64,000 bases of DNA from Eutreptiella sp. 'Long Island Sound 2002' (Eukaryota > Protista > Euglenida). Below the pieces are notes generated by a model. The model saw only the letters and a program-made list of their open reading frames with translations, searched no databases and was not told the DNA's origin. Each line of letters opens with the position of its first letter. Within the stretch, counting starts at the first letter, position 1. Location of the stretch: positions 194,680,001-194,744,000 of the forward strand of contig OZ038378.1 in NCBI GenBank assembly GCA_964036045.1. Reading direction: 5' to 3'. The position numbers and the translations under genes were made by a program. Shown here piece after piece: positions 1 to 12,800 of the stretch.

Positions 1-781
1 CCGATGACGCATCCACTGTGACAGTGACACCCTCTAAGCAAGACCCTCTTGTGTCAGTGTTTTGGGAAGCCAATGGCACATGAGACGAACACTTTCTGTG
101 ACGCGATGTTGAGCCCAAGTCACACCAGAGGGACAACGGAACATGGGCGAAGACAGCAAAGGCCGAAAGGCCAGCACTCCGTTGGGCGCCGCCCCATTTC
201 GACTCACTGAGGCAGTGAGGCACCTGTTAGGTGCGCATGCACACCTCGAAAGTCAAGCCAAGCAGAAGTGTCCCAGCACTGGTCAGTATTGGATCCAGAA
301 CAACCCTCCGACCAGGTGGGCACATTGTCCCCTTGCCTGAATGCCATTCCAAGTGCTGCTGATTAGTGGGCCGCTGAAGTTGAAGTAAGTTTCAGCGACA
401 TTGCAGGCCCAAAGCACCTGGTGGGGTGATGCAATACAACGGGATTTTGGGGGGGTTGATGAGATTATGTGGAAACATGAAGCTCCAGAGTACTGTACGG
501 CGCATATTTGTCAAGATTGCAATCCTGAGTTCCGACCGCTCCCCTAGAATGCCAATTTTTGAATGCATTTTCCTGCATCTTTCTGCACCGTTTGTGCCGC
601 CCTAGGACAGCCTGTTTCCTGCTCCCTACCCCCCTTTCCTACGCTCCTCACCGTCTGTGGACAAGCAATGCAGACCATTTCCTCAGACACCAAACCAGTT
701 TGTACACCTGGAGGTACCAACCGGGACACTTACTGGGTCTTTAAGGCAATCCCCCCCCCAGCACGTCTTCCGCCTCTGCAG

Positions 782-880
782 GATGCCGATACAGGGACCA
801 TGTACACCACTTTCCCGCCGGTGTTGATGCTCCATTTGAAACGCTTCCAGTTCAACAAGGAAACCTACAACCAAGAAAAG
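782..880 (+). CDS. USP7-like exon: DADTGTMYTTFPPVLMLHLKRFQFNKETYNQEK
   Basis: ctgcag acceptor, aag|gtattg donor, USP FPPVLxLHLKRF motif, phase 0/0. Confidence 0.95.
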
Positions 881-3800
881 GTATTGCCTGCCTGAGTCAT
901 TCATCATGTGTGCACTGTGTTGTGCGGTACTGTATTACACAGTGCTTGATAAGAAATACCATTTGGTCATCAATGATTCCACAGAAACACGCTTTTTAAT
1001 ACCCACACCTATTCGCTCAATGTGTTACCTGCATGTGCTAAGAGGGCATGCAAGAGCAAATATGTGATCCAAACTGCCTTTTTGAGCTTTTCGTGCTGCT
1101 GCTCTTTCGGGCTGCTACGGGTACTGCTATTGTTGCCACTTTATTCGACCCCGAGCACCACGCCACGAAGCTGCTGCAGAACAGCGACCACAGGCATCAG
1201 CTGTTCTTGCCATCTACCTTCCTGCTCTATGACAAAGCACCTGGGTGTGAGGCGGGGTGAAACACGTGGGCAAAAACTCTGGGTGTGAGCACAGCAGAAT
1301 GGGAAGATGAACAAACTGTTTTTCAAACGCAGTGTGGCTGATGCCGTGTTGCATCAGAATGGTAATGTCATGTACAAAGCAATTGTCGGGGTGAGACCTA
1401 ATTTCAAATGATTGAAGAGAGAAGAAGATGACAAATTGAGCAGCAAACTCGGCAAGGAAAGCAAACTAGGTATTGCCCTCCTCAACCTGCAATGAGTGCA
1501 ACTTTAGTCTCCAATACAGACGCTGATAGAACCCCAGTGGAACAATGGAACAGACATTCCACACCCAGGCAGATACAGACACACAAAGACAAATGCGCAC
1601 AGAGCAAATCAAACATATCAGGTCTGAGATGCGGGAGGCTGGGGTTCCACAGGTTCACCCTTCCCCCACCCACTCACCGAAAGCTGAGACCAGACCAGCC
1701 ACACTTGCAAAATACTTCTTATAAACAAGGTCGAGACAGTGCGGCGCCGGCGCCGGCGCCGGCGCAGTACCAGACTCGTGCAATACAGCACAGCACGGTA
1801 CGGTACGGTACGGTACGGTACTCCACAGTGCTGCACACTGCACAGTGCAAGCACCCCACCAAACATGTATGGTAGCATCACTTCCGTGGAGGTGGGACTG
1901 GGGATGTTGCATTTGATCCCCGGGAGAGCCCCCCCCCCCCCCCACCTCGGTCTGAGAGTCTTGGTGGGTAGGGTCAATTTTAGCTGGTGTGTGTAACCAA
2001 CCTGCCTCCCGCCCACTGCTCTTGAAACGAGGCCTGGTCCGGTCCTGTCCTGCACTGTACGGTACGGTACGGTACGTGCGGCATTCCGCTGTATTGCAAC
2101 CCACGGCACTGCACTGTATTTCACAGCTCCTGCTGTGCCCCAATGTGCCTATTTTTCAGGTGGAAGACCGCTTTGAGTTCAGCAGCGTCCTCGACGTAGG
2201 CCGGTTTACCCATGCGATTCTGCGGAAGTGCAAAACGTGCGGGAAGCAGCGCCCTTGCCGGCAGGACACGCAGTCCGCAGCCCCCGACCTAACCCCAATG
2301 TCCCCTGCCGTGTGCCCCCAGAACTCCCCCGCACGACCTCCAGGTCCCCCTGCCGTCGCAGTCCATCACGTTGCGCGCTGGATCCAGGGCCGCCTCGGGG
2401 CGGAGTCAGTTTGGGTGGGGGAAGTTTGAGTTGCCTGCTGGTGCCTGAGCCGAGGGCAGGGGTGTTGAGCGCTGTCACAGTGCCCGCACTTGCAGCCACC
2501 CCACCCCCGTCAGTCGCACAGCGGATGCCAATCGCACTCTACAATCCACTCGATGGCGGGCCGAGGACTGGCATAGCCTTGCACACATTCCACACTTTTC
2601 TTGCTTGTTTTGTTTTGACGCTGTTATTGTTGTAGGGGATGACCACCGTCCAATGGCTCCTGTGCATATGCGTTATTAATCACGTTAAAACGGGACCCGG
2701 ACGTTCGAATCCCGATTCAAGGAGAACTGAGGGTAAAGGTAGAGGTAAAGTGCTCGGGCGCTCTCCGAACTCCAGCGTAACCGTGATCCCTACCTGCCCC
2801 TCGCAGCATCCCTTCCGACTCGCGGGGTCACAGACACCCTAGCGCCTAGGACACTGCGTTCCGACCCCACCGGGATTCGAATCAAGCACCTCTAGTTCAG
2901 GTGTCACGTGCATGACCGCTGAACTACGCGACCTTCTTAAGGAGAACTGAGGGGGCTGGAAACGGGGCGCTGTGCAATTTTCTGTGGGCCTCTTTCCACA
3001 TTGAAGGCCCCTGACCAGGACGCTGATTGATAGAGGGGAAACGCCTGCGCGGCACGCTGTGTGGTGCAGCCCACTTGGTGCGTGCCGGCACACGTCTGCG
3101 GGCCATGCTTTTGTCGTCTCTGCGCTGCCCCACAGGGGACCGTCGGTCCCGCCGCTCACACGCCTTTTGGCGCATACTGACGGCCCGGGGCGGCCACCCC
3201 CCGCCTGCAAAGGCTTCGCGGGCAGCGGTGGGGGCGGATGGGGGGGTGGACCCTGCGCCACCCATTCACTCGCAGTTGCTCCTCACCGACTCATCAGTGG
3301 ATGCACATGGCGGGGCAGGGACCTACACCTCATGCGAACTCAAGCTCAGCCCCTGAAGGTGCCGAGTCCCAGCCGTGCCTTGTCCCATCTGTGCCTTCAG
3401 ATTTCCCCTTGACACCGACGACGCCGCCCAGGGCCCTAAGGCCTAGAGGTGATGGGCCTTCAGAAAATGGTACGCCCGAGTGCCTCCCTGTCCACCCATG
3501 TGGACGCTTGTCCATGTGCCTCAGGGGGGCTTCAAGGGGTCAGGGGGTGGCATGAGGTTTGCATCTGTTCTCAGTATATTGTTGGGGGGGGCATGTACAA
3601 CCCAGTGTCGCTGACGCGCGCACACACACATGCAGATGAGCAGGCTCACGGCCCCGGTACATGTGTTCTCTCGTGAAGCACTCCCCAGCCCAACGCCTCT
3701 CCTGGGTCTGCCTGGGTAACCGGACACACCGCACACACGTGCAGCCACAGACTCTTTGAACACATGGATACCACAAATTTGTAAAGCAGTGAAGTCCTTG

Positions 3801-6800
3801 CTGCACCTCGTGTCTGGTTGCTCTTGAGGTCTGGAGGTTCACCCGATGTGTGGCGCAGGCGCCGGATTCTTGCCAATTGCCAGGGGCGGGATGTCGATGC
3901 AGGCAAGCGGACTGTTTGCCATGGGATTCACGGGATGCGTGGGGTCACGCAGAGAAGTCACCCAAATACATGCAAAGAGATGCCAGGGTGCACAGGCGCA
4001 CCGAAGGGGTACAGGGATGCACAGCAAAGTTGCGCATCGGAAAGCAAATTTAGGGGGCGGAGGTGCACAGAGATCCACAGGGATTCGGATGTATGTTGAC
4101 GTGTTCTTCGGTGATTTCTGGGGTTATCTCTGTTGCTTTCCCGCAAGTCCATACCAGTCTACCGGATAAGATGCATCCCCATTGTTGTCTCGGTTGTATC
4201 CACTGTCTCCCGATTTTTTTTTCAATGTCTCACCAATGTATCCCAAAAACATGAACAACGTATCCACAATGTACCCTGTGCATTGCCATTACATTGCTCA
4301 CTGATCGATTACATTTTACATTACAATGTTTTACATTGCTTGCGTCACAGCGTGAAACAAAGTTCTCTTGCCATTGTGCCGACCAAATGCAAACACGGCT
4401 GTTATTGATTACAGATTTATTTTTATTTTTTTTTATGTTGGTGTGTATCTTTGTTTATTTGTGTCAAATTACCACACTGCACCGCACCACATATGTAACA
4501 CAATGTCTCCCAAATGCATCCACGATGTAACCCCCCAAAACGAACAGTGTATCCCAATCCTTTTGGATACAGCTTATCTGGAAGACCGGTCCATATTTTT
4601 GGTGTCCGCGCAATGATGCCTGTGATCTCAGGGGAAATCCCATCACCGCGGGCCTCCTCGACACCGGGGCGCAGGCCCAGTGCTGAGGCGACGTCTTCTC
4701 CAATGCGCTCCTCGCAAAATGCAAGTTCCAGCTCCAGCAGCAAACCCTCCGCCCCTGAGGGAGAGCCTCAGTGGTCAGGCCTTTGCCAGTGTCCTGCAGA
4801 CCACATCCCCGATATCTTTCAGCTCCACAGTGTGGTATGTGCAGCGTGTGTGGTGCTGAGGGGCAGGGGCTGTGCCGGTCGCCCTGAAATGCTGCAAGTG
4901 GGGCGGTCCCTGAGAGCAGAAAGAAGGAAACTGCTGGCGGCCATCAAACCTCACTCGACGGTTGACGGTAAAGGGATAACTAACGGCGGTTGGAAAAAAC
5001 GATAGGCCGCGGCTGGAAAATACCGAATCTGCTTCACATACTCAGCCTCTTTCTTTTAAGAGGGGAGGTCACCGCAGCGGTGGACTCCAGTGAGGCTCCA
5101 ACTTGATTACAGGTCCGGGAGCATCCACTGCATCGATCTCAGGGCCAGCCCCAGTTTTGGGCCATGATTTTCTTGTGTATTTCGGCGTTCACCGGGATAA
5201 CGGGTCCTACACCGACCGCCGACCCCGTTAGCAATTGCATTTTGGCTGCCACACCACACCCGTCAGAACAAAATAATCCCTCCACTCCACCTCGACGCTT
5301 CCTCTTTCTCCTCCACCGTTTGCCCTGCTTTGGGCGGTGCAGGTGTCTGGAGCAAACATGACACTTCTGGGTCACCTCAAACTCCCAACACCACATCTGA
5401 ATATTGAAATCCACGAGGGCTGGAAACGTGCACAAGGGAAGCCCATCCATCAGTACACATGCCTTCAACCCCGTGCCCCTCTGGGTATTCCTCAGAGACG
5501 AGCTGGAGTTCGTGCCACACCGCTCTCAAAGTTCTTTGACTCTCAAAGTTTCCAGTCCACTTTCAGCAATTCTGACATTTTTTCGTGGTTGTTAATGGGA
5601 CATACCACAGCACGCTGCATCAAAAAGGTTGGGGATGTGCCGCAAGATCCTCCGCAGGCATGTAGTGCTCCGTGTGATCCCCCCCCTGTGCAGTACGCAC
5701 GATGTGGTGTGCCAACGCCGTCGCATCCGCACGGTGTACCGTGCCCCCCCCCCCCGCGTGGGGACATGGAGAGAGGGGCTCCAGCGGGTGCATGCGTCTG
5801 ACAGCGATGCGCTCCTGAGCCGCCCCTGTTGGTAGGGTGCCCCGGGCGGGGAGGGTGGCTGCACCCCCCGCTGAGCCACGACGCCCCGTGGCCCATCAGG
5901 GGGCCCCTGGTGCACGGGGCATGACAAGGGCCCGAAGGACGGTTCCACCGGCGCAGGCGCACCCTCCGTTGTCTGCAGGTGGTTCACATTGGTGGTCCAG
6001 AGAGGGGGCATTACTACGCCTACGTGGACAACCATGGGCAGTGGCTGCGGTTTGACGACACCAAAGTGACCAAAGCAGAGCCTTATCAGGTCCATATCTG
6101 TGGTGCATGCCCCCGAACGGGGGAGGGGGACAGGGGGTTCACGTCGTGATGATGGTGGGGGCTCGGGAATCGGGGAGGGAAGGGCCCCCGGTGCATCACG
6201 ACACGGGGCGTATCAGATACTCGGTATCCCACCCCGACCGACCGACACAAGCACCTTTTGCCCCCCAACCACCGCACCGAAGGATTGTTGCGTTCAGGTG
6301 CTGGCTCTCAATGCGCCAGCGGCATTTGCTTTTTGCGGGCTGAGTGTGCCCTAAGAATGTGGATTGTGATGAATGTACCCCCTGCTCAGGGGTCCTCTTG
6401 AGTGGATCGCCGCCTCAGAAGCGCCACAAGAACAGCGATTAGTGGACAGTAATCCGAACCCCAGGCAGGCACGCATTAAAACAAAAAAATGTAAGGAGGA
6501 GGTAAACCCCCCCTCCCGGGTCCAAACCCCCCATCCCCATCCCCACCCCTTCCAAGTTACCTGGACCCAATTTTCTTCGGCGCCTTCGGCGGCAATGTAC
6601 TAACCCCCCCCCCCCCCCCCACCTACAACCCCCCCCTCCGTTGTTCGCAGTCATCCGGGGACCTATAGCCCCCCCTTCTCACCCAACTTCAAAGACAGAG
6701 CTGTGCAAAGAGACGGAGCAGCAAAGCGTGGGGGCCACAACTTCAGGATACTTTGCTGCCAGTTACTTCTTCCACATCTGCATCTGCATCTGCATTTGCT

Positions 6801-9800
6801 GGAGGCTGGTCAGCAGCATTGTTTGCCTCAGGGACACGCTTAGCCCTGAACCCAAGCAAAGCAGAGGAAACATCATATTTATAGTTTGGGAGCTCCCGTG
6901 GCTGAATGTGGCTGCCATCTGCTGTGGGCCAGATGTAACTAAATCAATATCTATGAGGGGAAAATAAGCAGAAACTGAAAACACAGAACAAACAACAGAT
7001 GGCGCGAAGCGCCTAAAGCAAAATTGGACAAACGGCTGACCCATAACCCCCCCCCCCCACCTATAACCCCCCCCTTTGGCTCGGGCATTCATCAAGAATA
7101 CTATAACCCCCGGGAGGGCTATAGGTGGGGGGGGGGTTATGTGTTCCTCAGGGTCAAGTTCAGGGTGTGAGTCAGTTCTTCACATTGAATGCATGTTTCT
7201 TATGAAAATGGACTGTCATGAATTGATGTTGTCTTATTGTGGACACGGGTTTTGCCACAAATTTATTGAGTTTACTTTGCACTGCAACCTTTGTTGAAAA
7301 GGAGGAGGGTCAACCAAGTATGGGTTTTTGCTATGCAAAAAAAATTTCCGGTGCTTTCGAGTCCTGTTGGCAAGGAGGAGCCCCCCTGCACATTCGCATG
7401 ATGAGAGTTCTTTCCTGCACATTCGCATCAATGACCGGGCCGGCATCGTACGCAATGGACAACTCAAAGGACACCATACAACATATGGCGTAAAGCGCCC
7501 AAGGGACAATTGAGGCCTTGCTCTAAACCCCCCCCCCCTCCACCCACCCATTTCCACGCCTGTAGCGTGCCATTCATCCACAATCCTTCCCCTAGGGCCC
7601 CTGCAGGAGCCCTTTCTTTCCTTTGCTTTTGGAGTCCCCTGCAGGACACAATGCAGCGGCCGTCACGGGGTAGAGCCAAGCGGGGCAGCTCTCTCAGTAA
7701 GGCGAAACACACAAGGGAAGAAGGGAGGGATCGGACGACGCGGGGCTGGCCTCGCTCGCTCGCAACATTTTCAAGCAATGGAGAAAGGAAGGGCAAAATC
7801 CCCCACAGGGGCAAATGACGCTGGCAGGTCCAGCAACCAGCACCGTACTCTGCACGGCGCTGCAAAAGTGCGGTCTGGAGGGGCTGTATTGTTGAGTACG
7901 CTTGCCGGACCATAATGTCGTGCAAAGCACATACACATGGCCCACGGCCCCTTGAGCACTGCAAACACGATGCCATGGGTTGCGAAAAAGGGGTGGGCCG
8001 CTCGCTTGGATGATGAAGTCCTTTGAGCCCTGCACACCCTCCCCATTCCCCGCCCCCTGTGTCATGTATGCACACCCGCTGTACGAGATGCTCGACTTGC
8101 TTGTGACTTATTGCCAGCAGGCGGTTCTGGGAGTGTGCACACGTGCACGACATTGCAGGCCTTGGATGAGAACTTTGGGGGTCGCAGTCACCTCAAGTGG
8201 TGGACCACCGAACCGTCCCGGGACATTCCGACAGCCTACATGTTGACCTATGTTCGGAAGGTGTGAAGACCAGAGCACCTCAGCCTTGCCCCAGCCGACA
8301 GACGCATTCGAGAGTTGAATCTGGGGAGCTGCCGTGGGAGCCAAGCCCCCCCCAGCCCCCCCCCCCCCCTGGTCCCAAGGAGCACATTGTCGCTCCGCCA
8401 CGGCAGCAAAAGCTGGTGCGCGTGCACGTAGAAGGAGTGTGTATCACTGCACTCACAAGGGGAACTGCGAGACGGCTGGGCGAACTTCTTCGAGAAAGCA
8501 TCAAGTACAGTCCCCCAAAAGTGAGAGTTGGGAAGACCGTCCGCCACGCCACCGGAACAATGCCCCAACCGCTCATCGCTTTCGGGGTTGCATTTTTGCC
8601 ACCCCACAAGCACACACCTTGTGGTATTACATCTGCCCAGCATGCGATTCCCTGTTGTGCCCCACCGTGAACAAGTGTAGCCAACGTGCATGAGGACAAA
8701 AATTTCACAAACCGCTCATAGCAGAGCACACCGCCCCGGCCACACAGCAGGGCTTTCTGCTCCTGAACTGGGGAACGATGCTGGAGGCACGACCCTGTGG
8801 CTTGGGAGTGCGGCAAGCTGGAGTGCAACGACCCCAAACCGCACCGGCATGAGCGATGACACGAAGGCCGGCACGCCCAAAAATTACAGCGGCACAGCAC
8901 AGTGCACTACAGAGGGTACGTCCTGCACTTGTGCTACTGAGGGTGATCCTTCTGAAACCAGCCAGCGGTGGTTTCTCCGGGCACGGCCTCTCCTTGCACC
9001 ACAAACTATCGTTGGTGCACCACCAACCTTCGTCAGTGACTGACGGTTGGCCAGGCACAATGACTGGGGGAGTGGCATCAGGGCTGCCCGGGAGCAGCAC
9101 AGCGAGTTTCTTGTGTCTCCAATGTTCCCTGCGCACCGCTCCTTAAGGACCACCTCTTTGGGCGGGCGGTTAGCCGGCGGCGGCGGTGAATGGCCCACTC
9201 TCCGCTCATTAAGTACGGACTGCGGGTCGAAGGTTCTTATGTCATCTCTGTACCAATGACACACCTCACACGGATGTGTGACTGAATGATGTGAAATTTT
9301 GCGGTGTGTAGTGCCCAGGGTGCCTTCTCCACAGGCGGTGTGCGTGTTTGTGGTGTGAGGCGTGCAACACTGAGGTTCTTTTTTGTTTTGTGGAAGGACA
9401 GCCCCCGAGTGGCATTGCCGGGTGTACGGACATCCATCAGAATGCTCGTGGACGATGCCCACGGGGTTTTGTTGTCCAGGAAAACGCGTCCACGCTCCGG
9501 ACTGCGGTGCTGGCCAGGCGTTGTTGGTGTTGCCAACCGCTGGCGGTTGCCGGCCCCGTTCGGTTGGTCCACCCCCCGTTGGGCGGTGCCGTCCCCTCCG
9601 CGGCCTCTGCTGTGCAGTCGGTCTGCCACGCATCGTGTCTGCCCGGGGCATTCGGGGCCCATGCCTCCCCGTCTCGTCGGGTGCCGCGCCGCGCCATGTC
9701 TGTCCTGCGCAGTCCCAAAGGCACATCTTCGACAACCCTTCGTCTAACCCCGCCGACAGCATTCCCCGGTTCCTTGAAGACCACATGCAACGCCTCATGG

Positions 9801-12800
9801 AGGCCGAGCGGACCCGGAAGGCCGAGAAGGAGGTGTGCATGTGTCGGAGCGCCGCCCCTCGGGCACCCCCCCCCCCCCCCCACCGCCCCCGAAGCGGCAG
9901 CCAGCACAGCCACACAACGCCGCAGGGCAGCAAGGCAGCGCAGCTGGAGGGACTCTGTTTAAACCCATACCCATACCCATTGGAAGGGAAGGCACCTCAG
10001 AGGCGGCCCCAGAAGCGGTTAGACAGGCGGTTGGAGGAGGTTGCCAAAGCGGTTGGGGGTTGGGTTACTGTCGGTTACAAATACTATTGAGGCTGGCACC
10101 TGGCGTCAGGGAGACAGTGGCTGAGCATAGGCTGGGCGCCCTGGAGGGGGGGGGGGGGGGCGTACCTTCCCTCTTCCAATGCTTCCCTGCCCGCCTGCCC
10201 CCCGAAGCCACACGTTGTGCACTTGTGTTCGTGGTGACGCCCGTGGAAGGCGGCGCTTTGTAGCACTGGTCGAACGTGCGTTGGGCCCTCGAGGCGGGAA
10301 GGCATGTGTAGGGGGGGCTGTGGCTGGACCCGAGCCCGCCCACCTCCAGGCCCCCCCCGGCCTACGGGAACAGTCATCCGTTGCCCTGCGTCGTACACTG
10401 CCCGCCGGGTGCCTTCGCTGGTTCATTTGTGCGGCTGCCGGCGTGCCCTGTTTGATTTTCGCAGGGGTTTCGCCTCCTCCCGCCCCCCCCCCCCCTTGAC
10501 TTGTGCACACTCAAACTGCTCAGAATGGAGCGGGGAGTTCAACGATCCCCCCCCAAAACCGAAGGACGTTATTTTGTTTGCGGGGGAAAGGCGGTTTTAG
10601 GACCCCCGGTTGGCGGTTGGCGGTTGGCGGTTGGCGGGTCAACGCCGGGAATAGATGGTCCCATTGACGCCACGCCCGTGGTCGATGCATCGGAGGCGGC
10701 TGACGGCCTTTCCGCTGGGCGGGTTGCCGCGGAATGGCAGTTATGTGTGCCTGCCGGTGTGAAGGAGTGCTGCCAGTTTGGCGGGACGACCCGCACCGTC
10801 CCCGCACAGGTCCTGTCCCTGCCCACGGCCCCTGGCCCCCTGCATGGCAGCTCTCTGTCGCTCGCTTCCCGAGCGGTGCGCACGTGCGGCCTCCTTCCCT
10901 CCCAGGAGCGGATGAATTCTTTGAAGTTCCAGATCGCCACGGACTATTCCGTCGAGGACTACTTGAACCATCAGGCCGCGCAGCACAACTACATGGTGTG
11001 CTCGCGATCCGGTGGTGGGGGAGGCCTGGTGTGGGCAGGAGGACACCAATTCCTCCGGCCCCCGGCGCCAGCCTAGTGGACGCCACGGGGCCTTTGTGCT
11101 GCACTGGGCACGGCAGATTTCCGGTTGCGGCGGGTCGGGGGGGATCAAGAGAGCACCCCCCCCCCCCCTCCAGGGCGTCCTTAGAATAATTGAGAACCCC
11201 CCTCCCCGGACCAAAGTGACCATCGTGGGAAAAAACGAAATTTACAATTGGAAATTCTGGTCCGGCCATTTTTGGTACACAATATTTTGGGTCCCAATCC
11301 CCGCGCTCAAAAGACCCCCTGCCCCCCCCCCCCCCCTTTCCCAGCAGGCTGCCACCCAAAATTTGGGTGAGTAGGGAGGTGAGGATAGGCCAGGCAGGGA
11401 GAGGGAGGGCAGAAGGTGGTCAGAGGCCGATGGGCGCCGCCGCCTGCGGAGGGAAAGGGTTCAAGGAAAGGGCAGGGGTAAGTGGCGAGAGGCCAATAGG
11501 CGCCGTCAGCTGCAGACAGCAGCACAAACCGGGCGTCATGCCAACCCCGCCCCCCCCCCCCCCCCCAAGTGAAGAGAGGGGGGTGCTGTGCAGCAAATCT
11601 ACGGGGTTCAGGGCAGGGGGCTCATAAATGCATCTGGGCCATGATCGGTCGCCATGAAATGAGCACTCACCTGGAGGAGGGTGGTCAGATCAGCGGGTAT
11701 TTGGCGTGGCACTGAGGCATGAAATGGGCTGTTGAAGTGCGCCAAAGGCACAGTGCAGATTTGGGCAAAGGGGGTGGGGAGGAGGGCACCCCTCGCATTG
11801 TTCCCGTCCCCTGTTCTTTGGATGTGTGGTGCGCAGAGCTGCACTTAACAACTCAGCACCACAGGGGGGGGCTGTCCCCAGACCACCGACCCCCCCCCCC
11901 CCAGGGCTTCTTTAGAATAATTAAAAACCAAAGGGGGGGGGACCCCTCCCCCAAAAACCCCCTCCCCCCCTCCCCAGACCAAAGTGACCATAGTGGGAAA
12001 AAACGAAATTTACAATAGGGAAAATCTGGTCAGGCCATTTCTGGTACACCAAGTTTTGGGTCCAAAACCCCCTCCCCCCTCCCCCCCCCCTGCTCAAAAG
12101 AAGCCCTGCCCTGCCCCCTTTGAAAGATTGGGCCAAATTTTCTTCTGGGCCTTCAGCCAATCAAAACTTTTCTCTGGCGCCCTCAGCGCCAATCAGTTTA
12201 GACCAAAAATTGTCTTCGGCGCCTTCAGCGCCTCTAAAACCTCAGCCCCACTTTGGAGGGGAAGGGGGGGCTGGACCCCCCCCCCCCCTCTTAAAAGGAG
12301 CCCCGTAGGACCCACCAACCGAACCCCCTTGGACTCACCCCACCCACCCACCCCCACCCCCTCCTCCTCTTCTTAAGTGAAGCTCTGGTGGTGTGTGGCG
12401 GTCACCACGGTGCACCCGACAGTATCTGTTTGCGAATTGTTGGCGTCGGGGCGCTGTGACCGCACCGCTCGTGCTCGTTGGGCGGTGCCTGTCTGAGATT
12501 GGTGGCCCTGGTCGGGGACACGGGACCCAGTAGGTGTGAGGAGATGAATGGTGTCCTGACAAAAACCCAGGGCTTGCAAAATCATCGGTCAGTCACCCTG
12601 ACGTGCCCCCCAAGGAATTTGTCACGTTTGGCCCCCACAGACATCATTGGGCTGGGTGTTTTTGTGGGGGGGGGGGGGGAGCCCCCGCTCCCCTTTTGGG
12701 TGGCTTGAAAATGGCGAATCTTTTGAAGAGCTTGTGGGACCAAAAGTATGCGGGCCCACACATGGGTTTTTTTTTGCGATTGGGGGGGGGGGTTGGCACA

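Noticed and set aside
2862-2932. Functional tRNA gene
   Set aside because: A/B boxes are present but acceptor and T stems do not pair; TSD and tail indicate a SINE
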